Source: Hormiphora californensis (lineage: Eukaryota; Animalia; Ctenophora). From it: a DNA stretch of 64,000 bases. The position numbers and the translations under genes are program-made. Every line of letters starts with the position of its first letter. Position 1 is the stretch's first letter. A model generated the notes under the pieces. It was not told the DNA's origin. It did no database searches and worked only from the letters and a program-made list of their open reading frames with translations. The stretch is from assembly GCA_020137815.1 (NCBI GenBank), contig CM035353.1:8866001-8930000 (forward strand), read 5' to 3'. Positions 11,230-23,096 of this stretch are shown piece by piece.

Positions 11230-13698
11230 CCGTAATCTGGGGTAGCTTGGTTTTGCAGGGTAACTTAGTAGATATAGTAGAGAATACCGGCGGCTTCTAG
11301 GGTTGAACAACATGTAAAACACGGTGGTTTGTTAACTGTTTCGGCGTCAACGCCTTCGTCAGAACTAAAGAAAATGGAAACTTTACAAAATAATAAATAT
11401 ATATCTCGTTAGATCAACTAAAATTATTACTACGACACAACTAAAGACTAAAACGACCAACATTCGGGGCCTGGCAAGGCCCCCCGACCCGAATATAACC
11501 CAAACTCAACCCATCCCCCCCTAAAACACCCCCCCCCCCCTAAAACTAAAACAACGGGGCCGAGCCGACAGGCCCTTAAGAAAAAAAACCATAAAACCAT
11601 AAAACCATAGATATTTTTTAGAGTGAAAGTTTTGAAGCCCCCTGAAGTAGTAGAGAGGTGTTCTATGGCTCGTTGGAAAGGTCTCGAGGTCCCGCGACGT
11701 ATAGGGGGTGTGGCGATGGCCATACCCAAACCTATAAGGGGTAGGACGCGAAAAACAGTCAAAATAAGGGGTATACAGAACTCGGCAATTAGAAGGAGTA
11801 GAATGGTGTTCTAGGGTGCGTTCGAAAGCTCTCGAGGTCCTGAAGTAATTGGAATGTAATTGGAAGTAATTACATGTAATTAAAATGTAATTACATGTAA
11901 TTAAAGGGTAATTACATGTAATTAAAAGGTCTGCATGATCCCAAATGACAATTCAGACATATTTTGACATATTTGGAGGCCCTGAGACCAGCGGGTGGCC
12001 AAATTTAATCCGGTTTCGGGTCGGCTGACGTAAAAACTCCGCGTTTTGGTCGAGGTATACTAAAAACGACTAAAACGACCTAGAATTACTAAAACGACAA
12101 ATAACCACTGAACCCGAAACTAGAGAATTAACTATGAAACAAACACACGGGTCAAAAACGGGTCAAGAAAAGAGAGGGGGAAGAGAGAGCAAGGGAGGTG
12201 CACCCAAATATGGTACATAGTAGAGAGAGAGAGAGAGATTGTGATATAACAAGTATCTGGAGAGTGAGAGATATTATACATGTGTACTGGTAATAATTGT
12301 TTTAGTAGTTTCCCATAGCAGGGCGATTTCTCAAGAAGAGCGGTTTCTCGTTAGAGCGGTTTCTCATTTAGAGCGGTTTCTCATATAGAGCGGTTTGTCA
12401 CGAAGACCAAGCAGGCAATTTAATGCTAGATTGATTCAAGCATTGTATGTCTCTTAAATTTCTTTATAGAAACTTTCCTTGTGTTTTGGCAAAGCAACTA
12501 GACTATGGGGTATTGAACTCAGAACTGAGAAGAAATAAAGGGAAGTGGATATATCGTGTGATAGTACCAAGGAAAGATAAGGATTGCGGTCATTGAGAGG
12601 GGGAATGAATGGAAGGGAAGTAGGGAAAATTGGGAAAAAATTGTTCTGAGATATTGACCAAAAGGCTACTTTTCGGGAAATATGTTAGGGGGCCACCACC
12701 TTTTTTTTGCCCATTGCCCATTGGGCATTTGCCCATTGCCCATTGCGAATTTTGGTTTTGCCCATATGGGCAAAAATGGGCAAAATGGGCAAAAGTGGGC
12801 AAAAATGGGCAAAATGAAATTTTTAGTGTTTTTTGTTGTTTTTTCAACTCTATAACTTGATTTTAATTCTTTAAAGTGAGAGAGAAAAGCCCTGATTATG
12901 ATAAAACACACCAAATACCATTCTGACCGAGTTATATCAAAATCAGGGCTGTTCACTTTCACTCTGAATAAGTTAAATCAAGTTATAGAGTTGAAAAAAC
13001 GACATATAACACTGAAAATTTCATTTTGCCCATTTTTGCCCACGTTTGCCCATTTTTGCCCAAAGTCCCACGATTTTTGAAAATTCAGTTTTGCCCATTA
13101 TATGGGCAAATATGGGCGAAAAAAAGGTGACGCCCCCCCCCCCCCAATATGTTAACCTCCAATATTTTGTGAACCGCTAGGGTTTACACGATGAAACTTT
13201 GCAGTCACGCTCTCCTTGGTTTCTACTGTCTCAAGTCATCCCTCGTGTGATTTATTGAGGTTAACTTCGATTTTGGGGCAAAAGTTAACCTCAAATTTCG
13301 CCTTAACGGTGCACGCTAAAACGATTCCAACTATTCCATCAGGACTTCTTAGATCCGTCGACCCCCCCCCCCCCTCTGGCCTTAAAAAGCGGTTTTTAGG
13401 GTCCAACTTTGAGGGGCTGTAGCAAAAATATGAATTCGAGTTAAGGGCTAAAATTGCATATATTTGAGGTCTGCTTGACATGCCCTACAACCCCATATGG
13501 AGAGCTAAGCGGGTACTCGACAAAAATTTCGCCGAGGTGTACCCTTAAATGAGAGGTGACCTAAAACTAAACTAGTTATATCTGGTGTACTGGGTCTAGA
13601 ACAGGATTATTTGGTTCAGAAATTTTCGAGTGTGGTTCTGGCAAGGAATTATTTTAGGAGAATGCTAAAAAGTGGAACAAAGTTACCCCAGATTACGG
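11230..13698. mobile_element. TA-flanked TIR element carrying nested insertions
   Basis: TA|CCGTAATCTGGGGTA ... TACCCCAGATTACGG|TA. Confidence 0.7.
11328..11369 (-). ncRNA. Minimal type I hammerhead ribozyme (Penelope/retrozyme type)
   Basis: tttagtt-CTGACGA-a-GGCG ttga CGCC-GAAAC-a-GTT-aacaaa: intact core, 4-bp stem II, stem I pairing, minimal stem III. Confidence 0.65.
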
Positions 13699-14237
13699 TA
13701 TTCAAGAAATGCACCCTATAATCGAGAACTTTGTCTCCGCAAAATTTCAACTTCGAAGCTTTAACCGTTTTCAATAGCTAAGCTCCCGGGATTTTGGTGG
13801 TACATATATATCACTGCGCTGGTAAGCGTAAAGGTGGCCCCAATCGCCATCCCCTTCCCAAAAACTTTTCCCGAAAAAGTGGCCCCGCTTGCAAACAGCG
13901 TAGATAAAACAATTTCGAAGTTTGGCACATTTTGGCACTTTTCGATTCCCCATAACTCCAAAACCAGATGAGCTAGAAAGCTGAAATTTGGTACTAAGAA
14001 GCTTCATATTTTTTTTTTTTATTGGAAGAAGTTTCAAACGGTTACGGAAACAATTCGCATTTTTTAGAGATCAAATAATATCACACGCCGTTATATCGTT
14101 GTTGCCACTAGACTAGATTTACAGTTAGAGAGGGGAGGCGCCGCGAGGAGAGTAGGCGACCCGCAGAAGTGGCAGCGGTATTGCAATTGGAACATTCATG
14201 TGATGAGTTGGTGAAGTGATGTGGGGTGATGGGAAAA

Positions 14238-14560
14238 TCATAGAATATTATCGATATCAATATAACCGAAAAGGTTGAGCTTGAGCTTAGTCAGAAAGAT
14301 GGGTAAAGTTTCACTCTGTCGAAGTTCGTATGGCAGCAAATTCCAGGACCTGGTAGTCCTGTGGAAAAAGCTGTCACGCAAAGTAGAGGAGCACTTGTGA
14401 CTGTTACTCGTGTCCACAAGGGTGGTACGGTCTAGGCCAGCAATAATGTCACGATTTTGACGCGTAGGTCGAAGATCGGCAACATCAACTGGCCTTATAG
14501 AATCAGGAATGTCAATCTGTACCATATATAAACCTCTACAGTGTGGGGATAGGCAGGTAA
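14238..14560 (-). pseudogene. CR1/L2-group LINE ORF2 3' fragment
   Basis: RDSFFHRTTRSWNLLPYELRQSETLPIFLTKLKLNLF. Confidence 0.75.
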
Positions 14561-14587
14561 TCACTGCGCTGGCAAGCACATCATCAG

Positions 14588-14630
14588 CTCAAATTAATTT
14601 GTTTAAAATAGTGTTGAAAATTTTGAAACT
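14588..14630 (-). other. SL exon copy fused to CTGATGA plus hairpin
   Basis: AGTTTCAAAATTTTCAACACTATTTTAAACAAATTAATTTGAG|CTGATGA-TGTGCT tgcc AGCGCA; the GAAA half is missing. Confidence 0.75.
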
Positions 14631-14637
14631 GTTTCAA

Positions 14638-14703
14638 AGTTTCAAACTTTTCAACATTACAAATTCATTTGAGCTGATGATTACGTTACACGTCGAAACC
14701 GTC
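14638..14703 (+). other. Degenerate SL exon copy fused to a hammerhead-like core
   Basis: AGTTTCAAACTTTTCAACATTACAAATTCATTTGAG|CTGATGA-ttACGT tac ACGTc-GAAAC-c-GTC. Confidence 0.68.
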
Positions 14704-14880
14704 CCGATTATATTTTCCCGAAATAAGATCTCCGACTCGTCTGTAGTCCTAAATAACCACTATTTTATTGCATTTTTGGCCAAATTTGGTCCATTTTCCC
14801 AAATTTTCGTTAGAAATTGAGTGTGTCCAACTGTTATTAATTCAAATTTTATCGTTATAGTGATGATATGTCGGTGAAAG

Positions 14881-15384
14881 ATGGCACAACTCCTTTCCTC
14901 CCCTCGTCGGCTTTACTGTCCTACTGACGTTGGCACTGACAGCCCCAACACTACAGCAATAATGGAGAGGGATGGTATTAAGAATATGTTGCAATCTAAG
15001 GAAGCAGTAGATGAAACAGACTCTAAAGCATCAGGGATATCTTCATTATGCAAAGCAGATAACAACGGAATGTCAGAAATTTTATTAATATCCACTAACA
15101 CTGGTAATGCCATGGAAGATAAAGACGATACGATAGTGGACAATAATTCGACAATTTTAGATGATAGAAAGGGAACTGCATCGGGAAAAAATATACTAGT
15201 TGTAAAAACTTCTAACCAGAGTAATATCCCAATTCGAACACTATCTAACACCAACCTTCCGCGAATTGACCCGATTTCAAACACCAACAAAAATTGTTCG
15301 ACAGCATCACAGGATACCATAGCCTCCTTAGACGGCGATGTGATAACAATTAATGATGATGATGATGATGTGATAGTGACTCAG
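14881..15384 (+). CDS. Host gene B exon 1 (unknown Gln/Ser/Asp-rich protein, ~485 aa; model 14881-15384, 18522-18722, 20328-20537, 26753-26804, 27122-27249, 33350-33484, 40525-40609, 53818-53897, 54018-54080)
   Basis: 168-codon frame ending CAG|gtaatt; start at ATG 14881 or 14962; unpaired acceptor ttatag at 14855-14860 could be a trans-splice site; all nine exons phase-compatible. Confidence 0.68.
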
Positions 15385-15679
15385 GTAATTATAACGTTGA
15401 GGAATGACTATTTTTCTGATCGGATGACTATTGTATAGGGAGCTTGGAACCGTGTCCTTCTAAACTAATCTTGACAGCCTGCTCCTTCATTAAAACATTT
15501 GTGCCATCTGCAGTTTTGCTGTGACGCAATTCCGTAACTATGTACTTACTATAGAGGCTAAAACAGAAGTTGTGCTATACACAGTGCACACACAGAGGCT
15601 GCTTACAGCGATTGCTTTAATCTCTTCTTCCGCCGTGTGCGTTCCTGGCATGACCACTTCGTTCATGTTGCTATAAAGC

Positions 15680-15803
15680 TCTCTATCTCTCTCTGAGTCT
15701 CTCTCTAGCTCTCTATGTCTCTATGTCTCTATTTCTATCTATCTGTCTCTATCTGTCCATCTATCTCTATCTCTCTCGCTGTCCCTATATCTCTATCTCT
15801 CAT

Positions 15804-15886
<83 letters not shown>

Positions 15887-15940
15887 ATCTCACTCTCTCT
15901 CTCTCTTTCTCTCATTCTCTCACTCTCTCACTCCATCTCT
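15680..15940. repeat. (TC)n microsatellite with degenerate flanks
   Basis: Direct reading. Confidence 0.92.
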
Positions 15941-16069
15941 TCATTATGTCGGGCTGATGAACATGTAGATTAGAGTGGCAGGGATGGTGATGAACATCAA
16001 GGGTGATCAGAACTCAGAAGAGGGCCGCTTAGCTTGTAACGTGTCGAATTAGGTGATTAAGGGGGGGGG

Positions 16070-17376
16070 GGGTACGTAGGTAGAAAATCTTTGGCATTCA
16101 TCGGGGCCGCAGCAGTAGATGGCAAAACACCACAGGAACACGCGACACAACATTAAACAACATGCATGCGCACGTGCAATATTCACACCCTTGCCCACCA
16201 ACCATTACAACCCCTTGATTTGCACGGGCAAATGGGGCAAATTGTTGCACGCTAGTGTTGCAAGCTAGGATACTCCATCATACTCACCACGCCACTCATT
16301 TCTACTTTATAATATAGACTAGAGAGCCCAGGCAAAAGAACAAAAAACTCTCACACCCTATTGACTCATCTCAATCCCGATCCCTGGCTTAAATGCCTAC
16401 TTTGTTCCCTACGGCGCCGCTTCGCGGCACCTCCGGTCGCGAGATCATACTCCACACCCCTTCCCCCTGTTGACTCCCCTCAGTTCTCACCCCTCTTATC
16501 CCTATTGACTCCCCTCGGCCCCTATTGAATCATATCGTCCCCTATTCACTCCATATCACCCTCTATTCACTCCCCTATAACGCCATAATGAATACTCCCC
16601 TCACCCCTCTCTCAATCTGTGACCTGAAGCAGTTCAGAACCCCACAGTTTCCCTCATTTTCACTATTTCCCTCATAACTCGGTCGTTTCTCAACCAATTT
16701 TAAAAATCTTGGGCTCATTAGAAAGATAATCTCAAGCTCTTTCCAAAGAGCTATTATCCCCCAAGATTATAATAGCTTTAAATTCGCACGAGCACGCCCC
16801 AGACCCCACCAAAAACCCCTAACAACAACGTCAATTTTCCACGTGCAAGCCCTGAAAACCCCTCCTCCCCCAAATTGTGTCTTGCACTGTTCTCTGCTTT
16901 ATAATATAGACTAGAGAGCCCATTGTTAAGTCATAGGTACAACAACCCCCCCCCCCCCCCGTCTCTATGCCCCCCCCCCCTCTCACTCTTTGTCTCTCCA
17001 TGTCGGGGTAAAGACTACGGAGGTTGGTAGAGTGGTAGAGCGCTGGTGATAAAAATCAATGGAAATCCCTTTGAATAACATGTAGAATCAGCTGATAAAG
17101 ATCCGTAGAATTGTAGCTATCAACGGGTATGTATAGAGAATCAACGGGGTACGTAGGTAGAAAGGCTTTGGCAATCATGGCGGCCCCAGTAGTAGATCCC
17201 AAAACACCACAGGAACAACACAGGAACACGCAACAAACAATAGAATGCACGTGCAGTGTCCCCCAAAACCTTCAATACCCCTCCCAGGGCACCTCCTTGA
17301 CAACCCCCTCTATTTGCACGTGGGATAGGTCATCATCATACTCATCGCCCCACTCATTTGCATCTTTTAATTAAGA
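16070..17376 (-). mobile_element. Chain of three different non-autonomous Helitron-like units
   Basis: Minus-strand CTAG|TC junctions at 16319/16318, 16911/16910 and 17377/17376; unit 16319-16910 also occurs alone at 41299-41883. Confidence 0.72.
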
Positions 17377-18146
17377 CTAGCGCACCCACCGGGTGCACCT
17401 CAAGTAAGGGCTGTTGACAACCCACCCGGCTTCGCCGGGTGGTTCTCTGGGGCGCTCTTTATTAACATACTTAACGCCAAAATTATGGTTGTCATGGCAA
17501 CTGAAACGGTAACTATGGGGACTAAACCCGGACTGAATTGTTAAAATTCATCCGAAAGTATTCACAATCTCCCAAAAGTGTGAATGACAGCTTTACAGCT
17601 TTGGTCACATTTGAGTGTTTTATGAATGAGCAGTCTGTCGCTTAGATACCGCTTAAATAATGAATCGGTGCATAAATATGCAAATAACAGCTAAACGGTG
17701 CGAGATACGACTTTTTGTCCGGGGGACGACCCCCCATAAATCGACCATTCTGCGTCGGAATAGGCTACATAAAATCTTGATTTGAGTATAGGAAGTCATT
17801 AATGATTAGTGATTAGCCGACCTCATCAGAACTGCTGCCAGTGTCACATCTCTCATAAGCATCAGCTCACATGTCTTTGTTACATGTGTACATGTATTTC
17901 ACACCCATTAGTATAATGTGTGTGCCGAACGGAACTACACGATGGAAAGATCAAAGCCGGGCGATTAAATAAGTTAAACACCTGGCCCTCTTTTGGGAGC
18001 ATTTTTTTCACTCTGCTGGCAGTTTTTGATTATTTTGGAGTATAATTTATCAATTGAGTCTCCATAGTTACCGATTTAGTTGCCATGGCAACCCTTGAAT
18101 TGGTGTCAATTGTGGGGAAAAAACAAACCCCCGCTGGGTGCGCTAG
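17377..18146. mobile_element. Element with inverted CTAG-ending termini
   Basis: CTAGCGCACCCAcCGGG ... CCCGcTGGGTGCGCTAG plus a subterminal IR (CATGGCAACT...CGGTAACTATGG). Confidence 0.55.
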
Positions 18147-18521
18147 TGGTTTATAAAAAGCATCTCTCCTGTGCGTGCTCATACCTTCTACGTGTGTGTT
18201 ACACTGAATCTTCAGTAAATGGGACCAGTCAGTAACTTCGATCCCATATGAGATAGAGACTTGACATTTTCAACTAAAGTCTATGAGCCCGAGCCAGGTA
18301 TACATTCCGAATTTTAAGTGAAACGGATGAAAGGGAAGCCTTCGGAAATCTGGTTTTTCAGCGAAACACCCATAAAACGTAGAACTGCGTTTCTGGCGGC
18401 GTTTTGGGGGGAGGGCAACCTTTGCCAGCAGCGATCAGCGCAGTGATCGTAATATTTCCTGATCGTAGTTGTTCCTGGTTTTTCTTGCTATAAGTTAAAA
18501 TTTAATTAACTGTATTTCCAG

Positions 18522-18722
18522 GTCATCGATGCCTCAATTACACGTGCTCCTGCTGAAGTAATATCATATCGCAATTTTATCGCTACTGATGATATCCCTG
18601 CCAAAAACCTTTTGAAGATAGCTTCCCGATTACGTGAAATGGTTGAGAAACAACCAGAGAGTGTGATATCAGCAGATTCAAATTTCAATCACCTTCGTGA
18701 TAGCATAGCTTCGCTTACGCAG
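18522..18722 (+). CDS. Host gene B exon 2
   Basis: tttccag| ... CAG|gtaagg, 201 nt, VIDASITRAPAEVISYRNF...SIASLTQ, phase 0-0. Confidence 0.75.
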
Positions 18723-18759
18723 GTAAGGCCAAAACAATCTCTATTATTACTCGATGTAC

Positions 18760-19333
18760 GGTGTGCGGACTCTAGTGCTACACTCTAAGTCTAAAGAGGA
18801 CTCTATATCTAAATTTAGATTTAGATATAGAGTCCAAATAATTCTAAACTCTAGGAGGACTCTTTATCTAAAAAGTCTACACAAGGCGGACTCTTTATCT
18901 AAAAAGTCTAAAAAAAGTGGACTCTACATAAATCTAAATTAGATATAGAGTCCGCCTTTCGCCGCGAACTCGAGATTTCGGCCGTTCGGCCGGAAACGAG
19001 AGTTTGCTCTACCCCTATACTAATTTAGAAGTGTTAGGGCCGTTATTTGGGTTCGAGGTTAGGGTTAGGGTTAGTGTTAGGGTTAGGTTTTGGGTTGGGT
19101 TAGGATTTTAGACATAGAGTCCGGGTTGGAGGATTTGGCGCCAAAATGTACTAGAGGACTCTATATCTAGAAAATCTACACAGGGCGGACTCTTTATCTA
19201 AAAAGTCTACACAGGGAGGACTCTTTATCTAAACTTTTTTCAAAATCTAACTGTAGATAAAGAGTCCGTTTTTAGATATAGAGTCCGCCTTGGATTTAGA
19301 TAAAGAGTCCGTTAGCACTAGAGTCCGCCCACC
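18760..19333. mobile_element. Mutator-like MITE
   Basis: TIR GGTGTGCGGACTCTAGTGCTA, 9-bp TSD TCGATGTAC; internal GGACTCTTTATCTAAA and TTAGGG-like repeats; partial relative at 20590-20780. Confidence 0.85.
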
Positions 19334-19388
19334 TCGATGTACTATTACCCAAGTCCTCTGATTTTGACTGACAAGCTTACCCATTGTA

Positions 19389-19668
19389 CAGGGTGATTCA
19401 GAAACATGGAGCCACTTTGAGATAACTAAAGTGTCAATACAGTTCGCTCTCCGATGTACAGTGTAATTAAACACGTATCTTCACAGTCTCTTGACTAGAA
19501 AAATTGTCTCCTGAGGATTGCGATCGACAGAGAGTCACTTTTCCCTAAAAATTATCAGCCTGTCAACTGACAGGGTAACACGTTGAAATTTGGATCCGTA
19601 CAATAGAGAGAGGATTGTATTTTTCCTATTCTTATCTTCAAGTGGCTCCATGTTTCTGAACCACCCTG
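19389..19668. mobile_element. Mariner-type MITE
   Basis: TA|CAGGGTGATTCAGAAACATGGAGCCACTT ... matching inverted end|TA. Confidence 0.85.
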
Positions 19669-20327
19669 TAGAATGGTAGAGTCGATAACTACATCGAGTC
19701 GATGTCATTGACCTCTCCCGATTACTTTAATTTTTGGTACATTTGTTTGGACCCTCAACACCACTTCTGAAAAGGTGTTACTTTAGGATCATAACAAAAA
19801 CCTGGACCAGTTTTTTCGGCCGATTTTGATAAAACTTGGTGCAAAGGTGTAGTTTGGTGTGCTGATCAACCCACAAGTGTTGCTAAGAGATTTCTCAATC
19901 CGTTCTCCCGTGTTCTCCCGTAATCATTAATGCCGGTAGAGCAAATAGGAACGCACATGGGCGCTGGCAGGCTTTTACATGTTGTATATCTCACTCCCTC
20001 TGAAAAAACCGCACTTTCAGATGCGCTGCACGAGATTAATCTCTCTAAATGGGGAGAAAAGAGAGAGAAACACATTAACGTTTACAATAAAGTTTAACAA
20101 ACAGTTAGAATATCAGAGAAATTTTATTTGATTTTTGTGTAATTTTTAGCGTGATATTTTAGTTATTTTCTTTCATACAGACCCTTGGGGACACATCCGT
20201 TTAGGAATTAGCTTGTTTTTCATGTTTCCTTGTCAGGGCAAAATTCGGCGTTTTTTACCTGTATAGTCAAAAAGTGTCGCTTGACAACTTCAAGACGTTC
20301 TGGACTGTAATTATCAACCTTTTTCAG

Positions 20328-20537
20328 AACCAACTAGCCGGCGAGCCTACACAGTCAGCTTGTCATTTGCGGAAAAATATTGAACTGCAGGCTACCAGTA
20401 CCAAGAGTTGTAATACATCAATTAGCCACTCGAGCCGATACAAACATCAACAACCGGAACAGCAGGGAGGTGCAGAGAGTAATATCAAAAACTTAACAAG
20501 TCTCCTTCAGCAAGCTATCGCAACTCGAACTCAACAG
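20328..20537 (+). CDS. Host gene B exon 3
   Basis: ttttcag| ... CAG|gtacta, 210 nt, NQLAGEPTQS...AIATRTQQ, phase 0-0. Confidence 0.72.
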
Positions 20538-22059
20538 GTACTATGTACCTACAAATATAGTTTTTCAGCCAAATACCCATAAAACGTATGGTAGGCGGAC
20601 TCTATTGCTAACGGAGTACGGACTCTATACCTAAACTCAAGGCTAGGAGGACTCTATATCTAACCCTAACCTTTACACTAACCCCTAAACTCGAACCCAA
20701 ATAACGGCCCTAACACTTCTAAATGAGTATAGAGGCACAGCAAACTCTCGTTTCCGGCCTGACGGCCGAAATCTCGAGTTTGGATGCCCAGGCCCATGTG
20801 GTGTCACGAGGGTAAAACCTTTAGGTTGGTAACGAAATTACCCCTCTACCCCTACCTGAAGGTTAAAACTGAAAGTAGCAGTTGCATGAGTTGTCATGAG
20901 GCGATTAATATGTGTGTTTTGTTCGAAATAACGCCCTAAAACACACTTTTTGAAAGGAATATGCCCATATATGGGCATGGCACGTGTCAACGTAATTGGC
21001 CCATGATATGGGTTCACTCTTTTTATTAACTGGTTAAGTAGCGTTTCAGGAGCCAATTCAGCTACATACTGGATTTATAATTCAATTTCAAGTCGATTTG
21101 GCAAAAATAGCACACCTCCATAATTTTTTGTACTTTTTGTACTGCTTGTACGAAAAATTGCAATTTCTAAGCGAGAAAATCTTTCCAATTCGAAATTTCT
21201 AACCAAGAAACTTTTATCGAATCGCAATTTCTAAGCGAGAGAAATTTTTCCGAACCGCAATTTTTTACCGATAAAATTTTCTCGAATCGTAAATAGGTTG
21301 GAACCCCCCCCCCCCCCTCCAGGCTGTATATAGGACTTACAGCCGCTTACAGCTTATAAATAATCAATCATGTGTGTGCCTTATGTCGATGTTGCTCCCA
21401 ATCCCGCGGTCTACGACCAAGCACTTTCACGGGAACTCGGTGTCTATTCGAACCAATCAGGTGCTGGAATAGGAGGTTTCTTGAAAAAAAATGTTCAAAA
21501 CTATAATCAGGGTGTGAACTGCATGTCGTGTTTGCTACTCGCGAGCGAGCTTGCGAGACGAGCAAACACGTCAAGGTTCATTAACAAGCATGCTGCTCAG
21601 TCATTTTAGATTTAGTACACAATGTAAGGATACCATGTAATAGGCGAGACTCGTGCTGTCACTCTCGTTCAAGTCCCGTGAAAATCGGAGCAGTACACGC
21701 AAACTGATGCCCATTTTCCTTGCGTGACCCCGATTCAGTAGTTTGAGACACCAACTCTTTCGGGGGCCATATCTCAGGAACCAGACAAGATAGGAAAAAT
21801 CGCTGTCAAACGAGGCATACAGTTTTTAATCTAGTTTACCACTGCACCGGCCGTTTCACTCTCCGACCTAAAACAAAAATCTGATGCCGACAAAACTTCA
21901 AAATAATGGAATTCGCATCTCGCATGCGGCATGTCGTGTTGCATGTCGTGTTATGTTATTGACGTGCTCGCGTTCAACTCTCACACAGCAGCTGCAGAAC
22001 ATGCCGGGAAAGATTGAGGAGTAGAGGGTCGGTGTCGAATCAAATGTTTCTTGATCTTG

Positions 22060-23096
22060 ATCTACTCCATCTCTCAGCTATCATACCCCTCATCAACTCG
22101 ATCTCTCAGCTACCCTACCCCAGACCCCTCATCTACTCCACCTTTCAGCTACCCTACTCCTCGTCTACTCCATGTCTCAGCTACCCTACCCCTCATCTAA
22201 GTACTCCTTCTCTCAGCTTCCCTGCCCTTAATCTTTTCCATATCTATGCTTCCCTAGCCCTCATCAACTCCATCTTTCAGCTACCCTACCCCTAATCTAG
22301 TCCATCTCTCCGCTACCCTACCCCTAATCTAGTCCATCTCTCCGCTACCCTACTCCTCATCTACTACATCTCTCAGCTACCCTACCTCCTATTTTCTCCA
22401 TCTCTCAGCTACCCTACCTCCCATTTACTCCATCTCTCAGCTACCCTACCTCCCATTTACTCCATCTCTCAGCTTCCCTAGTCCCTACCTCCCATTTACT
22501 CCATCTCTCAACTACCCTACCTCCCATTTACTCCATCTCTCAGCTTCCCTACCTCCCATTTACACAATCTATCAGCTTCCCTACCTCCCATTTACTCCAT
22601 CTCTCAGCTTCCCTACCTCCCATTTACTCCATCTCTCAGCTTCCCTGGCCTGCCTCCCATTTACTCAGGGGTATGTTAGGATAAATGAGAGATGGAGTAA
22701 ATGGGAGGTAGGGAAGCTGAGAGATGGAGTAAATGGGAGGTAGGAAAGATGAGAGATGGAGTAAATGGGAGGTAGGGAAGCTGAGAGATGGAGTAAATGG
22801 GAGGTAGGGAAGCTGAGAGATGGAGTAAATGGGAGGTAGGGAAGCTGAGAGATGGAGTAAATGGGAGGTAGGGAAGCTGAGAGATGGAGTAAATGGGAGG
22901 TAGGGAAGATGAGAGATGGAGTAAATGGGAGGTAGAGTAGCTGAGAGATTGTGTAAATGGGAGGTAGGGAAGCTGAGAGATGGAGTAAATGGGAGGTAGA
23001 GAAGCTGAGAGATGGAGTAAATGGGAGGTAGGGTAGCTGAGAGATGGAGTAAATGGGAGGTAGGGAAGCTGAGAGATGGAGTAAATGGGGGGTAGG
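22060..23096. repeat. Minisatellite CCATCTCTCAGCT(A/T)CCCTACCTCCCATTTACT in two opposing arrays
   Basis: Forward array to ~22666, reverse array from ~22687; related units at 39865-40052. Confidence 0.9.

Noticed and set aside
19055-19105. TTAGGG repeats as a telomere remnant
   Set aside because: Short, degenerate and internal to a Mutator-like MITE
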